A DNA stretch of 64,000 nucleotides from Flectonema sp. DT1601 (lineage: Eukaryota): NCBI GenBank assembly GCA_964019425.1, contig OZ025780.1:496001-560000 (forward strand), written 5' to 3'. The notes beneath the pieces were generated by a model. It had not been told where the DNA came from. It ran no database searches and was given only the letters and a program-made list of their open reading frames with translations. Position numbers and translations under genes: made by a program. Shown here one piece after another: positions 26,263-41,589 of the stretch. Position 1 is the stretch's first letter; every line of letters starts with the position of its first letter.

Positions 26263-26699
26263 TATTTTTTTTTTTTTTTTAGTGAAAAAGAGATAACTGC
26301 GAGAGAAGCAATAAAGTAATTATAATCCAGTCCGCAACGACTAAAAAAATGAATAAAAATTTATTCCACAGCATAGGATTAAATCACAATAACGAACTGC
26401 TAACACACACCCAGTATTCAGACATTGTTTCTGCTGGTCTTCTGGGCAATGAGTACACAATTAAATCTCTCTTTTTAAGTACAAAAAGCAGGCGGAGTCG
26501 AAAAAAGAAACAGAAGAAGTTATGGTACAGGAAGTTGAGTCAGACAGTAGCTGTCTGAGAAGGCTCTTCTTCTGCTATTAAAAAAAGAATCACATATCCC
26601 TGCTGCTTGTTAAGTAAGTTAGGTACCTTCTCTTCGAGATGTGAGGGATGAATTCAATAAGCAGAAAATTGTTTCGAATCAGTTGAGAAATAATAGTGA

Positions 26700-27738
26700 C
26701 TAAGGAAGGTGAGCAGCAGTCATGGATATAACCCATTTAAGGTTTATTAACATACACTTTAAGGCTTTTGTCCAGTTCTCATCAGACTGACCGTGACTTG
26801 TAAGTCTAATAGAACAATTTCCAATCTTATCCTCATCCATGTGAAAAGGAATGGCTTCTCCAGGAGGAACTCGACTAAGACAATGTCGACAGAGTTCATC
26901 AACACAACACAGAAAGCCTGCCATTCCATTGTCATAGCGAGCTGATGCCCAAAGACCAGTCGCTCCAGCCCAAAGCTCATATTGGTGTTTGCTGCCAACT
27001 TTTTTAACGGTACTGAAATTCCCTTTTGGTATTGTTTTATATCTCGATGTAGTAACTTTCCATTTTAATAAAAGAATATCCAATAGCTGTGCTGTGTATC
27101 CCCAGGCAGCGTTTGTTTCATTTTGTTCAACAGGTTGAGAGACAAGTTTTCCAAGTCTCAGTTTGTTTATTGTACCAAAATGACCATCACACCAAATATG
27201 AAAAGCTTCATTAAGAATATTAGTTTTATTTATACGAGTGGATTCTATCTCATCGGTTTGGCAAATTCGAAGTAGATTTTCTCTTTGCTCATACAACTCT
27301 GTTTCTTTTACAGCTTGATTGTTTAATTTAGTCCAAAGATCTTGTTTTTCAATTGATATTTTAGTATGTTCTTCATTCTTATCTTTTATGGAATCAGCGA
27401 GTAGTCGTTCTTCTCTTTCTATTTCTTCGATCTCTTCGATTAGACGTTTTTCTTCATTTGAGAGTTGCTGTAGTTCAGCTTCGCATTGATTTCCGTTTTC
27501 CTCCGCAATAATATCTTCCAATCGGAGTTGACGATATTGTTCTTTGTGAATCATTATGTCAGCTTTTAGGTGGTTTAATTGTTCATTAAGACCAGCTCTA
27601 CCTAAGGTAGTCGCGTGATAACACTCTTGGCATAGCGGAGTATCAACATTAGCTTCATTGGAGGCATACAACAGAAGCGTGCAAACTGTCTGATGGATTG
27701 CTTCAGGTGTCATGTCAGGGGGAATGGTATCTGTGTTG

Positions 27739-27783
<45 letters not shown>

Positions 27784-27991
27784 ACAAACCTTGAATCCAA
27801 GCATAAGCACTGTTTTCTTCATTCTTTGTAAGACCTCCTTCAATTAGTTTGAATGATCTTTTACAATTTTGACAGGTATAATATCTACCAACTGCTGGTA
27901 CTTGACTCATAGTGGTCGATGCATTTGAGTGAGCTTGTCGAGGCGTTTTAACTGGAGTTCCGCTAGATGACTGAACACTACGAGCTGACAT
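26700..27991 (-). CDS. ATG6: Beclin-1/Atg6/Vps30 autophagy protein (410 aa)
   Basis: N-terminal CQNC, PLCQEC, coiled coil, then FHIWCDGHFGTINKLRLG...NAAWG and WTKALKCMLINLKW (BARA domain). Exons 27991-27790 and 27730-26700. Confidence 0.93.
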
Positions 27992-28059
27992 ATTATTTTT
28001 TTTTTTTTTTGATGTTCAGAGACTCTGTTTTAGTATTAATAAAAGTTCTCTCTCTCTCT

Positions 28060-28091
<32 letters not shown>

Positions 28092-28215
28092 GTAATAGAG
28101 AATAGTGTGTGCTGTTTTAACAAAATTAGGTTACAACATTGACGAAAAATTGAAAAAAAAAGCAACAAAACAAAAAAATTGGCTGGAAAAATAACCCGAT
28201 ACCGATACCCCCTTT

Positions 28216-28246
<31 letters not shown>

Positions 28247-28661
28247 CGGGAGAATAATAAATATAATGAAAAAACCACTAACATAAAAAATTAAAAACAA
28301 GTCTCCCCATCTCCCTAAATTGAAAAAGACGAAGAAAGAGCTCCTCAAATCGAAAGTCGAGACTTGCTTATCCACTGATGTGATATAATGGAGATTAGTG
28401 ACATTTGCCCTTTTGCTTGTTATGTTTTTTTTTTTTTTTTTTTAAAGTTCGAAGGACAGTGTCAATATAAAAGGCAAAAAAAAAAACCATGTCATCAAAA
28501 AAATAAAATAAAAGAGAACAAAGAAGAAAAGAAAAAAGGGGGAAAGAAAGAAAAAAAAAGAATAATCAAAATAACACTCCCATTTTCCAAAGGTTCCCTT
28601 GAGTGGGTGGGCGGTGAGGTGGGTAGTTGGGTAGAATAGGGAATACAGATTACTAAAATGC

Positions 28662-30463
<1,802 letters not shown>

Positions 30464-31169
30464 TTTTTGTTATTTAATGATGCTGAGTTGAGCAATTATA
30501 TAAACTATAAGCTTATTGAAGTCCTCAATCACAATAATAGTTTTTAACTACGTCTAATAATTACATCATTCAGTACTACAGACTTCACTTTGATTATGTT
30601 TCTCCTGTAAGAGGAAGAAGAGAACGTATTTTTATGTTGGCAGAGATACTTAATCAGAAAACACCACTTCGATAATGATTTTCCCGACCCGACACACCCT
30701 CCCGTGACCCTCCCCAGGGACTCCCATTGAAAACAAAAATAAAGCAAAAAAAATGCATCCACTTGTATTTTATTTCTTTTTTTTGAGTTTTTTTTTTTTT
30801 TTTTTTTTTTTTCGATAACCCCACGGCCTTGTATTTGCTCGCCGGTGTGGCAATACAGTTTTTTTTTTTTTTTTTTTTTTGAAAATTTCTTTTTTTTTTT
30901 TTTTTTTTTCCTTCTCCCGGGTGCGCCATACTAAAAACAATAGTAGCAAAAAAAGAAAAAGAAAAGGTTTAAAACAAAAGAAAATAGAAAATATCGTAAA
31001 TGAGAAATGAAGAGATTTGGAACCTCACAATTCTGATTTTTTGACCTCACGCGAGACGTAATAATTAATGGCTGTGAGAAAGTATTAACAACTGCCATAG
31101 CGCTAGACGATTAGTTTGTTTTTTCCTGAGGTGAAACTATTCCACTTACACTAGTCGTTGAGTTGGTGT

Positions 31170-32968
<1,799 letters not shown>

Positions 32969-33801
32969 TTTATAAAATGGGATCGCCTGAATGAAAAACA
33001 ACTCATTTTTAAAAATAATTCACCCTCTCAAATAATCCATTCCTTCACGACCTGCTAAAGAAATACAACATAACCACACTCACACACGAACACCTTTAGT
33101 CAGGATTACAAGTGTGTGGGAGAGAAGCTACAAAACACACTCTGACTATTAGAGGAAGAGATGAATTTTGTTTGTTTTTTTTTTTTGAATCAGTAAAAAC
33201 GATCGTTCAAAACAAATCTTTTCCCCCTTCAACACAATTAATTTTTTGAAATAATAAAAAGAGTCGACTGAAGATACAAATAGTTTGGTGTAAGCTATTG
33301 GAGAACAGTAAACGTAGAGTTAGAAATAGTGAAAGTAGTGAAATATTAATTAATAAAAGAAATCTCTTAACCCGTCTAATGCTGAGACGTTTATTCATCA
33401 AAGACATTAACTGGGAATTTATTCTTGCGATATAAAAAAAAAAAAAAATTAACTCAAATTAGCCTTATATTTCGTTTGAACGTAGACGAGATGTTCTTCA
33501 CGGAAGAAGAGAGTGATAAAGTTATAACTATAAAGAAATATCGGCTTTTTTTCAATCTGAATAACTACACGGATATAAAAAAATATATATTTAAACTAGA
33601 GTTGTTGAAAGAGAATTATCCCAGAGAAGACTTATTGCAATGACAATGGATAGCTACATTCACAATAAAGACAGGTGGGTGATACAGCGACAGTACTCAA
33701 ATTAACCTAATCTTGTTTAAGTTGTTTTCTTTTGATTTGATAATATTTGTCATTGAGGTGGATACAAAAAAAATTGATTGATTTTTTTTTTTTTTGTCTT
33801 T

Positions 33802-34422
33802 TTACATCTTTGACTTCTTTTGCCTCTCATCAATAAATGCCACAGGTGTCTTCATTCCATTAGTATGTTCTCTCACAGTAAATATAAATCTTTCTTTGTT
33901 TTGATAAGATGCTCTTGCAGGAGACACAGCACAACCCCTTTCACTGATGTAGTCACGAGAGTTTTTTGAGTTGGTAGTACAGAAAGTAATTCCCATAATG
34001 ACAGTTTTACTTGAGGGAGATTCCAAAACTTCCAAAACGGTATTCTTGACCAGATAAAACATAATACTACGTCCTTTAATAGAGACAGGTCCCTTTCGTG
34101 GATTTATCTTCAGGTTGTTATAAAAACTAGTTTTAAAATCATTCAGGTTTTCAGCTCTAACTACGACATGATCAATTCCCGATGCCGGTCCATTTGAAGT
34201 AATTTCAGGAGCATTCTCTAACTTCTTAATTGTAGTTGGTATTCCACAAATGTCAACAACCTTATCGCAATCACCGCTGAATTCCCATCCCTGAGAGCCG
34301 CCTTCTTTAATTGATATTTGTGTTCCTCCGATATTGAAATCTCCTGTTTTCTGAACAGCGAATCCAATCTTGTCCCACAACTGTTTCTTATCAACTAGGG
34401 TGAGTCCTGTCAAAAACGTCAT
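33802..34422 (-). CDS. VOC/glyoxalase-like protein (206 aa), intronless
   Basis: GIDHVVV...LEVL...GITF...FTVR...PVAFI pattern typical of VOC-fold proteins; clean non-homopolymer ORF. Confidence 0.65.
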   Translation of the reverse strand: MTFLTGLTLVDKKQLWDKIGFAVQKTGDFNIGGTQISIKEGGSQGWEFSGDCDKVVDICGIPTTIKKLENAPEITSNGPASGIDHVVVRAENLNDFKTSFYNNLKINPRKGPVSIKGRSIMFYLVKNTVLEVLESPSSKTVIMGITFCTTNSKNSRDYISERGCAVSPARASYQNKERFIFTVREHTNGMKTPVAFIDERQKKSKM

Positions 34423-34754
34423 TTGGTTTTTTTTTAACTTTTTATTTTTTTGACTAATAGGAAGAGAGAGAGAGAGGGAAAAAAATTAAAAAATTTCACT
34501 TTCATCTTCAACAACATTATTTTTACCTCCCAAGGAAGTAATATTAAAAAAGGAACACAAAGTGGGAAATCCCGAGAAATATTCAACCACACGCTCTGAA
34601 TGCGGATGCAATACGTTTTTTTGTTTGTTTTTTTTTTTTTTTTTTTTTGCATTAATAAGTATAATAAGAACTAAAAAGAATGTTGGGGGGCAACACACGT
34701 AAATCTCCTTTAGCTTTATTAGTTTAAGTTGATTCACGGTTTCGTGCACAAATA

Positions 34755-34960
34755 AGAAATCACGGTCAGTGTTATATTACTATTGCAATGGATGATATTT
34801 AAATCTGTCAGTGAGTATCAATTGGTGGACAAGTCTGGTGCCAGCACCCTCGGTAATTCCAGCACCAATAGCGTATATTAATGCTGCTGCTGTTAAAAAG
34901 CTCGTAGTTGGATCCAGAGTACAAGTTACATCGGGCTTCCTCGGTGGTAGCTCCCGTACT
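34755..34960 (+). pseudogene. Isolated 18S (SSU) rRNA gene fragment; ends approximate
   Basis: CAAGTCTGGTGCCAGCACCCTCGGTAATTCCAGC...GCGTATATTAATGCTGCTGCTGTTAAAAAGCTCGTAGTTGGA (34830-34912) is the conserved 530-loop/pre-V4 region; flanks are not rDNA. Confidence 0.9.
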
Positions 34961-35939
34961 GGGGGTTATGATTGTTAAAGACTATTTTCTGTATAGTTCA
35001 AGAGAAAAGCCAATTCTTTTTTTTCCCTGGCACAATTTTTCCTCTTTGAATGTACGATAAGATGAAGTCGTTTAAACGATACAAAAAAAAAAAAAAAAAA
35101 AAAAGCAGCAGCAGCAGCTGTCAGATTTTTCTTCACTTGGCAGATTCCGTTTTCGACACCAGGGAAATAATACATTCAAGTTGGGGAGTATGTTCGATTT
35201 TGTCAAAATCACAACCGTGTTTGTATCATAAAACATAAAGATAATTTTAACATTAGTTTTTTAGATACATGTTGACTACGGGTGATGCGCAACTAAGCAT
35301 AATAAAGTAACTATTTAGGTTTCGAGAATAATCCATATACCTCTTTACCTCTATTCTCTCTCATCAGTATGGTGTAGAAGTAAGTCAGTCAAATGTTGAG
35401 ACTGAGTCATTCCAGTTTGCAGGACTGGAATGTAGTTACTTTAAGAAGAATTATTTTATAATTATAAAAAAAGAAGGGAAATTATATTTTTTTTGTCTTA
35501 TTGACCTTTAAGTGGGGGGGAGAATCGAAAAGAAGAAAAACGGAAAAAAAATAATAAGAGGTTCAACGATTAGCAGTTTATTAACACCAACGCCAAGAAA
35601 AACAGACAACACAACATATTTGTGTGAAAACAAAGGTTATTCACCGATCTTCGTCGGTGCAAACAGGAAAAAAAAGAAGAGAGGGGGAAAAAGAAAAAAA
35701 AGCATTGCGTTGAAAGCATTGTTCACGGTGGCCTAAAAACCTGTAATTTTTTTTTTTTCATTTTTTTTTTTTTTTATTGCACCGTAGTAATAAATAAAAA
35801 AAAAATAAAAAATAAAAAACAAGAAAGGTAATCGTTCAGTTAAAAATAGAAAATACCTGAACGAAGAAAAAAGAATATACAGCAGCAGTAACATAAGTGA
35901 TGTTGTAAATAAATAAATGAAACAAACAAAAAAAAAAAA

Positions 35940-37335
35940 GGGAAAAACTATAATTCCACAAAAAAGTTTCTGAAATGTCCGATCTCAACATGAAAGTTTC
36001 CGAAATGGACAGCTCCACACAAAAAAGTTTCCGAAATGGACAGCTCCACACAAAATAGTTTCCGAAATGGACAGCTCCACACACGAAAGTTTCCGAAATG
36101 GACAGCTGTTTTTTTTTTTTTTTATAGCTTACTGCCAGTGCATTTCGGGGTCGCCCAAAGTCATGGGGATTTTTTTTTCTCCCAAAAAAATTTTTTTTTC
36201 CTACATAAGGCAAGGCCATCCGACGAGATGAGTGAAATACACCGAACCTGTGTGACCTGGGCCTAGGACTGACTGCGCCCCTGGATCGGCATAGCTCGGT
36301 ATGTGCAGGGCCAGGTATAGGGATGGACGAATTTCGGGTAGAGACACTTGTCCCGACTTGTCAGCTCATACAACCATGAGAATTCAGAGTGTATTAAAAT
36401 ACTAGAGGTGCATCACAAGCGTCAGATAGGAGACAAGAGAAATCCAACATCATGAATCTTTAGAAGAGTGATACAGCTCGGTATGTGTGCAGGGCCGGGT
36501 CACCTACGCAGAGACAAGTCTCCGCTACACGTCGTACCAACCAAGATGAGGTATGAGAGCGCAAAAACCAAGTATACATGATCAGCGGCCTAGGGCTTGA
36601 CATGAATAGCTGTGGAGTGGCGAAACCATTTAGTGTTCTCAAGTCTGAGATCACCTCACTGAGCCACACAGTACTGTCCTTTCGGAGTTTCTGTGAAAGT
36701 AGCCCACGGAACACTTTTCTAAAGATTCAATCAGCCGAACTACTCCGCTACTGACTTTCACTTGATTAGCGAGCTACTAGTATATATTATTATGTCACCT
36801 GTTGAAGGAGTACTAAGAGGTTGATTCAGGCCCTGCACGTATTAGTTGTAATTACAGCACTTGCTTTACCTTAAATTACTCCTTCCCTCATTGAGAACCA
36901 ACCCATCTCGGCCATCCCGGTGTATTTGGGAACGAAGAAAAACCTTGTTTTCTTACCGAACAGCGAAAAATCCGAATATCACTTTCAGTGAATAGCGAAA
37001 GAAAAACTTTTCCGTTTACTGAACAGCGAAAATGAAATTACCTACCATAGCAATTTTATACAGGAAAAAAAAAGTTGTTCACTAGCGAAAAGTTTTTTTG
37101 GGTGCAGGCAACGGAGAAAAAAAAAAAAAAAATTCATTTTGCCAACAAAAAAAAAAAAAATTTTTTTTGCTGTCCATTTCGGAAACTTTCGTGTGTGGAG
37201 CTGTCCATTTCGGAAACTATTTTGTGTGGAGCTGTCCATTTCGGAAACTATTTTGTGTGGAGCTGTCCGTTTCGGAAACTTTCATGTTGAGATCGGACAT
37301 TTCAGTAACATTTACGTGGAATTAGAGGTTTTCCC
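35940..37335. mobile_element. Non-autonomous foldback/MULE-like TIR element (~1.4 kb) with 31-bp tandem subrepeats in the TIRs
   Basis: ~165-bp inverted termini GGGAAAA..TAATTCCAC...(AAAGTTTCCGAAATGGACAGCTCCACAC)n; poly-A on both flanks is compatible with a TSD in an A-run. Superfamily assignment is inference. Confidence 0.85.
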
Positions 37336-37817
37336 AAAAAAAAAAAAAGAAACATTTAATTAGCGCGATTCATTTATACTTTTATTGTTTTCAATTCAGA
37401 AAATGAATTTTTTTTTTTTTTTTTACAGTAAACATACACAGTCGATATCAAGTGAGTCCTGCAGTAACCGATCGTCCAACAAGTGAATGCTTCTGCTCTG
37501 CTACACTTACATGATGAAGAAGTAAGTATCTTATCTCTGTAGCTAAAAGAGTGCGAATTGTGTACACCGATTGTCGGCAAAAAAAAAAAAAAATGAAATA
37601 ACATAAAACACTGCTATAGAAATCGAAAACAAACAACTCACATACGTATGTGTAAGACAGTTTCCCTTCACACACAATAGAATGATAGTTCCGTTCTCAC
37701 GTAAATAAAAAATGTCGCAAACGGAACAGGACTCCCCCCCCCTCCCCCAACAGCAGCGACACAGAAAACACACATCCCAGCTGCAACACTACGGATTTAG
37801 GTTTTTATAAAATTTTT

Positions 37818-37848
<31 letters not shown>

Positions 37849-38163
37849 CCAACCCCCTTCTTTGAAGTGATCAAAAACAGATAATTCCGATTGCAAGTTA
37901 CGCGAGTGTTTCTTAACAACCATCGAGTAACGTTTTTAAAAAAATACAAAACATTTCAGGTATTTTTAATAAACATAATCACTCGTACCTACACATAACA
38001 TTATTAATAGAATACATAATAGTACAGTTACCAACGGCAGAACGGTAGCAGATATTTCCGAGGAAAACAAAAAGGGTATTTGGGATACGATCGATTCTAT
38101 AATGTGATGATGTTTTCACTATTATTATCACCGATGAGTAATTGATACGTAAAAATGAGTTCC

Positions 38164-40905
38164 TTATTGCGCTACTTCTATTGCTGCACTCATTCCTTGC
38201 TCAATAGCGTGACCAGTAAGATTCTTTCTGGTAATCATTCCAACGACCTGATTATGAGCATTCACAACTGGCAGATGACGAAGTGCCATCGTTCTAAATA
38301 AGTTTCTTACGATATTCACAGTGAAAAATTCTGAAACTGAGAACGATGAAGTATTGACGTGTGGAACCAAATCCAAGAACTGCCCGCTGACATCACGAGA
38401 AGGGTTCGGAATTCCACATCTTTTATAAAGCATAATGTCTTTACTTGCTTCAAAGTCTTTCCAGTCGTGAGGAGATCCCGGGCTTCTTGGACTGTTTGGT
38501 TGCTCACCACTCACAGCTAGGTGCAGTAACGCATATAATTGAGATCTGAGAATAATTCCTTTGAAGACATTGTTACCTTCTGGGCTATCGTCAATAACCG
38601 GAAATCCATTATGCGAACAGTTAGCAAGCATCCGAACTAGGTCTCCAACCCGTTCTCGACTTTTCACAAGTTTTACGGGTGTGACCATTATGTCTCGGGC
38701 TTGGAAACAATCCATTTTCTTGATATCGCATAAAAAGTCTAAAAATGGAACACACTTAACTTCCAACAGCGCGTGGTACAAACTGTGAGTTGCGAAGTCA
38801 GCCACCCACTTAGCCACCAAAACTGTAGCCATTATAGGCAATAAGAAGTGCACAGCCCCACTGACTTCTAACATGATCACTGCTAATGAAATCGTCAATC
38901 GAGAAACACCAGCGAAAAAGGCTGCAGCGCCTAACAAGGCAAAGATTGACGGGTCATTCCAGTGAGCTGTTGCTACTGTTTCGATAAGAACTCCACACAA
39001 CCTGCCCATCGTTGCTCCAGTTATCAACATTGGGATAACAAGACCTGATGAGATAGTCATTCCTGATTGTAATATTGGATTATATTTATAACAGTCAATA
39101 CACTGCTCACACGAACATAAATAAAAATCATACCTGCAGACCAACAAGCAAACGTAAAATAAACACAAAGAAACCCAGCGAGGTGCAACGCTCCAATATC
39201 GAAACCCAGTTTCGGAGATGTGAATAGTAGTTTTACGACTTCTTCACCAGAGCTGAGAAACAGCGTAGCGGCTGGTGAGAATCGATTTGGAACTGGCTTG
39301 TCCTTATGTTGCTTACAGACGTGGTGAACGATCCACTCACAAGCAGGTTGCTCAATAACTTCGGTTTGTAGACCAAAACCGATTTCAGATGCTTCCGCAG
39401 GTTCAGCGCAACCCAAATAGTCTGGAATATCTGTACAATCATCAGTGAAGGCAGCGACACTAAAAGTTATCGTTAAGTACACTGCCGTGACAGCGCACAC
39501 CTATTTTTTTTTTTTTTTTTTTAAATTCATCAATGTTGGTATACATTATTGAATTTGAGAAGAAGGAAAACCATACCTCTAACACCCGAAGGAATCTCTT
39601 ATTTGCCAGGTTTCGAAGCCTCATTCTGACAATCTTAAGGTTAAAGAATGTAAAGATCCCACCAAGTGCCCCACCTATGAGCCCCAGAACAATAGTTGGA
39701 ATCATCGTCAATATGTGAAAGCGATAACCGTCGGCACGAAGAGGGAAAATTATGTCTAATTTATCAGCAAAATAACCGAACCCACCTGTATTCAAGTTTT
39801 TTTTATTCCTATTAGGGTGTAAGCTCACTATATGGTATGTACAAAAAAGAAATGAAAACAAACCTTCAAATTCCCATGCCTCAAATGAAGAAGCAAAGAA
39901 TGAATTCGCAAATGAAGACATTAAACAAGCAAAGAAAACCATCCAAGTAAGTCGAGGCTCCCAGAATGAAGCAACTTCTTCAAAGACGAAAAGTAGTCCA
40001 CCAACAGGTGCAGAGAACGCAGCGCTGACTCCGGCAGCTGCGCCACCTGTGATGAAATCTCTGTGTTCCTTTGGTTCACGAAACTTTTGAAACCAATAAT
40101 TAAGTCGAGTGTTTTCACAAGCTACTCCAAGAGTTCGTGAACGACCCGTAGGTAACCCTGCTCCAAGTAAAGCTCCGATGTGGATGATTGGACCTTCAGG
40201 ACCAACAGGTATACCTGATCCTACCGCAAGAATGCAGGAAGTAAATTTTACCAACAGAGTCTTCACATTAAACACGTGAGGAATAAGAACACCATTTAGG
40301 TATCCCATAACATCAGGAACTCCTGAACCTGCAGCTGCAGGAGCCACAAACATAACAATACAAGACGCCAGACATGAACAGAGTACACCACTCCCAACAT
40401 GAAAGAAGTAAGCCTCCCAATAAGTTGAATTATCTGATGGATCGATACTCGTGAGAGTCGCTTCTTTTCTTTTTTTTGCAATAAAACCGATCGATTGAAA
40501 TAACAAGAAAGCAATAACACCGACAGTGAGTCCAATAATCATAAACATTATCCACTTAGAAGTGAAAGAGGCGGGTTCTTTGTCAGCGGCAATGTGTCGT
40601 TTGTAGACCGTGTTTTCTTCTTTGCAGTAGTCAAGCCCCTCAAAAGTGTTCATTTTATCAATTTCTTTGAGTGTGAACTTGTGGCTCACATTACTGCTTT
40701 CAAAATCTCTTCCAGGGTGAAAGAATCCAAATTCCTCTCTCGGAACATCCTCCATAAGAAGCTCATTTTCAGGTCCCTCAGTCGCTTCTCTTACTACCTC
40801 TTCCATTCCCAACATTGATATTGGAGTCCATCCTCGTTGGACATTACCTGGAACATTGTCAGCAGGCGCCTCCTGAAGCAACGACGTAGTCAGTGGTGTT
40901 GCCAT
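38164..40905 (-). CDS. CLC family chloride channel/exchanger with two CBS domains (838 aa)
   Basis: GSGVP, GPEGP, GAAAGVSAAFSAPVGGLLFVFEE, SGLVIP, HNGFPV, LRHLPVV. Exons 40905-39864, 39785-39577, 39500-39134, 39062-38164 (2517 nt, in frame). Confidence 0.95.
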
Positions 40906-41589
40906 ATCTTTAGACACCTTTGAGTAATAATTATTATCATTCAATCAAAAAAAAAAAAAAAGCAAAAGCAAAAGCAAAAGCAAAATTTCGTAGGACAACA
41001 AACAAGTTGGTTTCGGGCTAAGACTAAAAACAATCTTTCTTCAGACCATTCCCCTTACCCAGCCCTCTTCAGCGAAGAAAGCAACGACGTAGTCAGTGGT
41101 GTTGCCATATCTTTAGACAGCTTTGAGTAAATTTAATAAATACTAATATGATGAACCTGATTGTTTAAAAATAATCTTCAATTCCGCATTAGCGATTCGC
41201 ATCTCCTTACCTGAAGGGAGAAAAACTGACTTATCGCACAAAGGACTACAGAAGTCAAAGAAAAAAAACAATTCTTTGCAAGAAAATTAAAAAAGAATTA
41301 TTAAAAAAAAAAGTGATAGAGCAGGCAACTCCCAAAATCAACGTAAGGAATGCGCTCAGAAACAATGCTAGCGAAGGTGATACTGACGAGGGAAAATAGA
41401 AAATGAAAACGCAAACAGCCAACTCACACAGCAAGACACAAGACAACAGCAGATGGGTGGTTCCCGAACGGTAACTACCCCTCTGCAGTATCACGCGCAG
41501 TCTCTTGGAGAGGAAACAATACGCTAAATATGATCCTACACATCCGCTGCAATATTCGCTCAAGATGCTGCACTGACTACTAGTTGACT

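Larger units (their letters stand above)
16577..26338. repeat. Tandem array, 3277-bp period, ~2.98 units, one gene per unit
   Basis: All ORFs recur at +3277 and +6554; I saw only two substitutions, both in unit 3 (25709, 25906). Confidence 0.97.

Noticed and set aside
9256..26338. Bacterial contamination explaining the bacterial-like repeat proteins
   Set aside because: Both genes have in-frame GT-AG introns of host style and are contiguous with eukaryotic genes.
35990..36110. CRISPR-like array (also 37169-37290 and 51288-51400)
   Set aside because: The 31-bp units abut with no unique spacers, form TIRs, have no cas genes nearby, and the context is eukaryotic.
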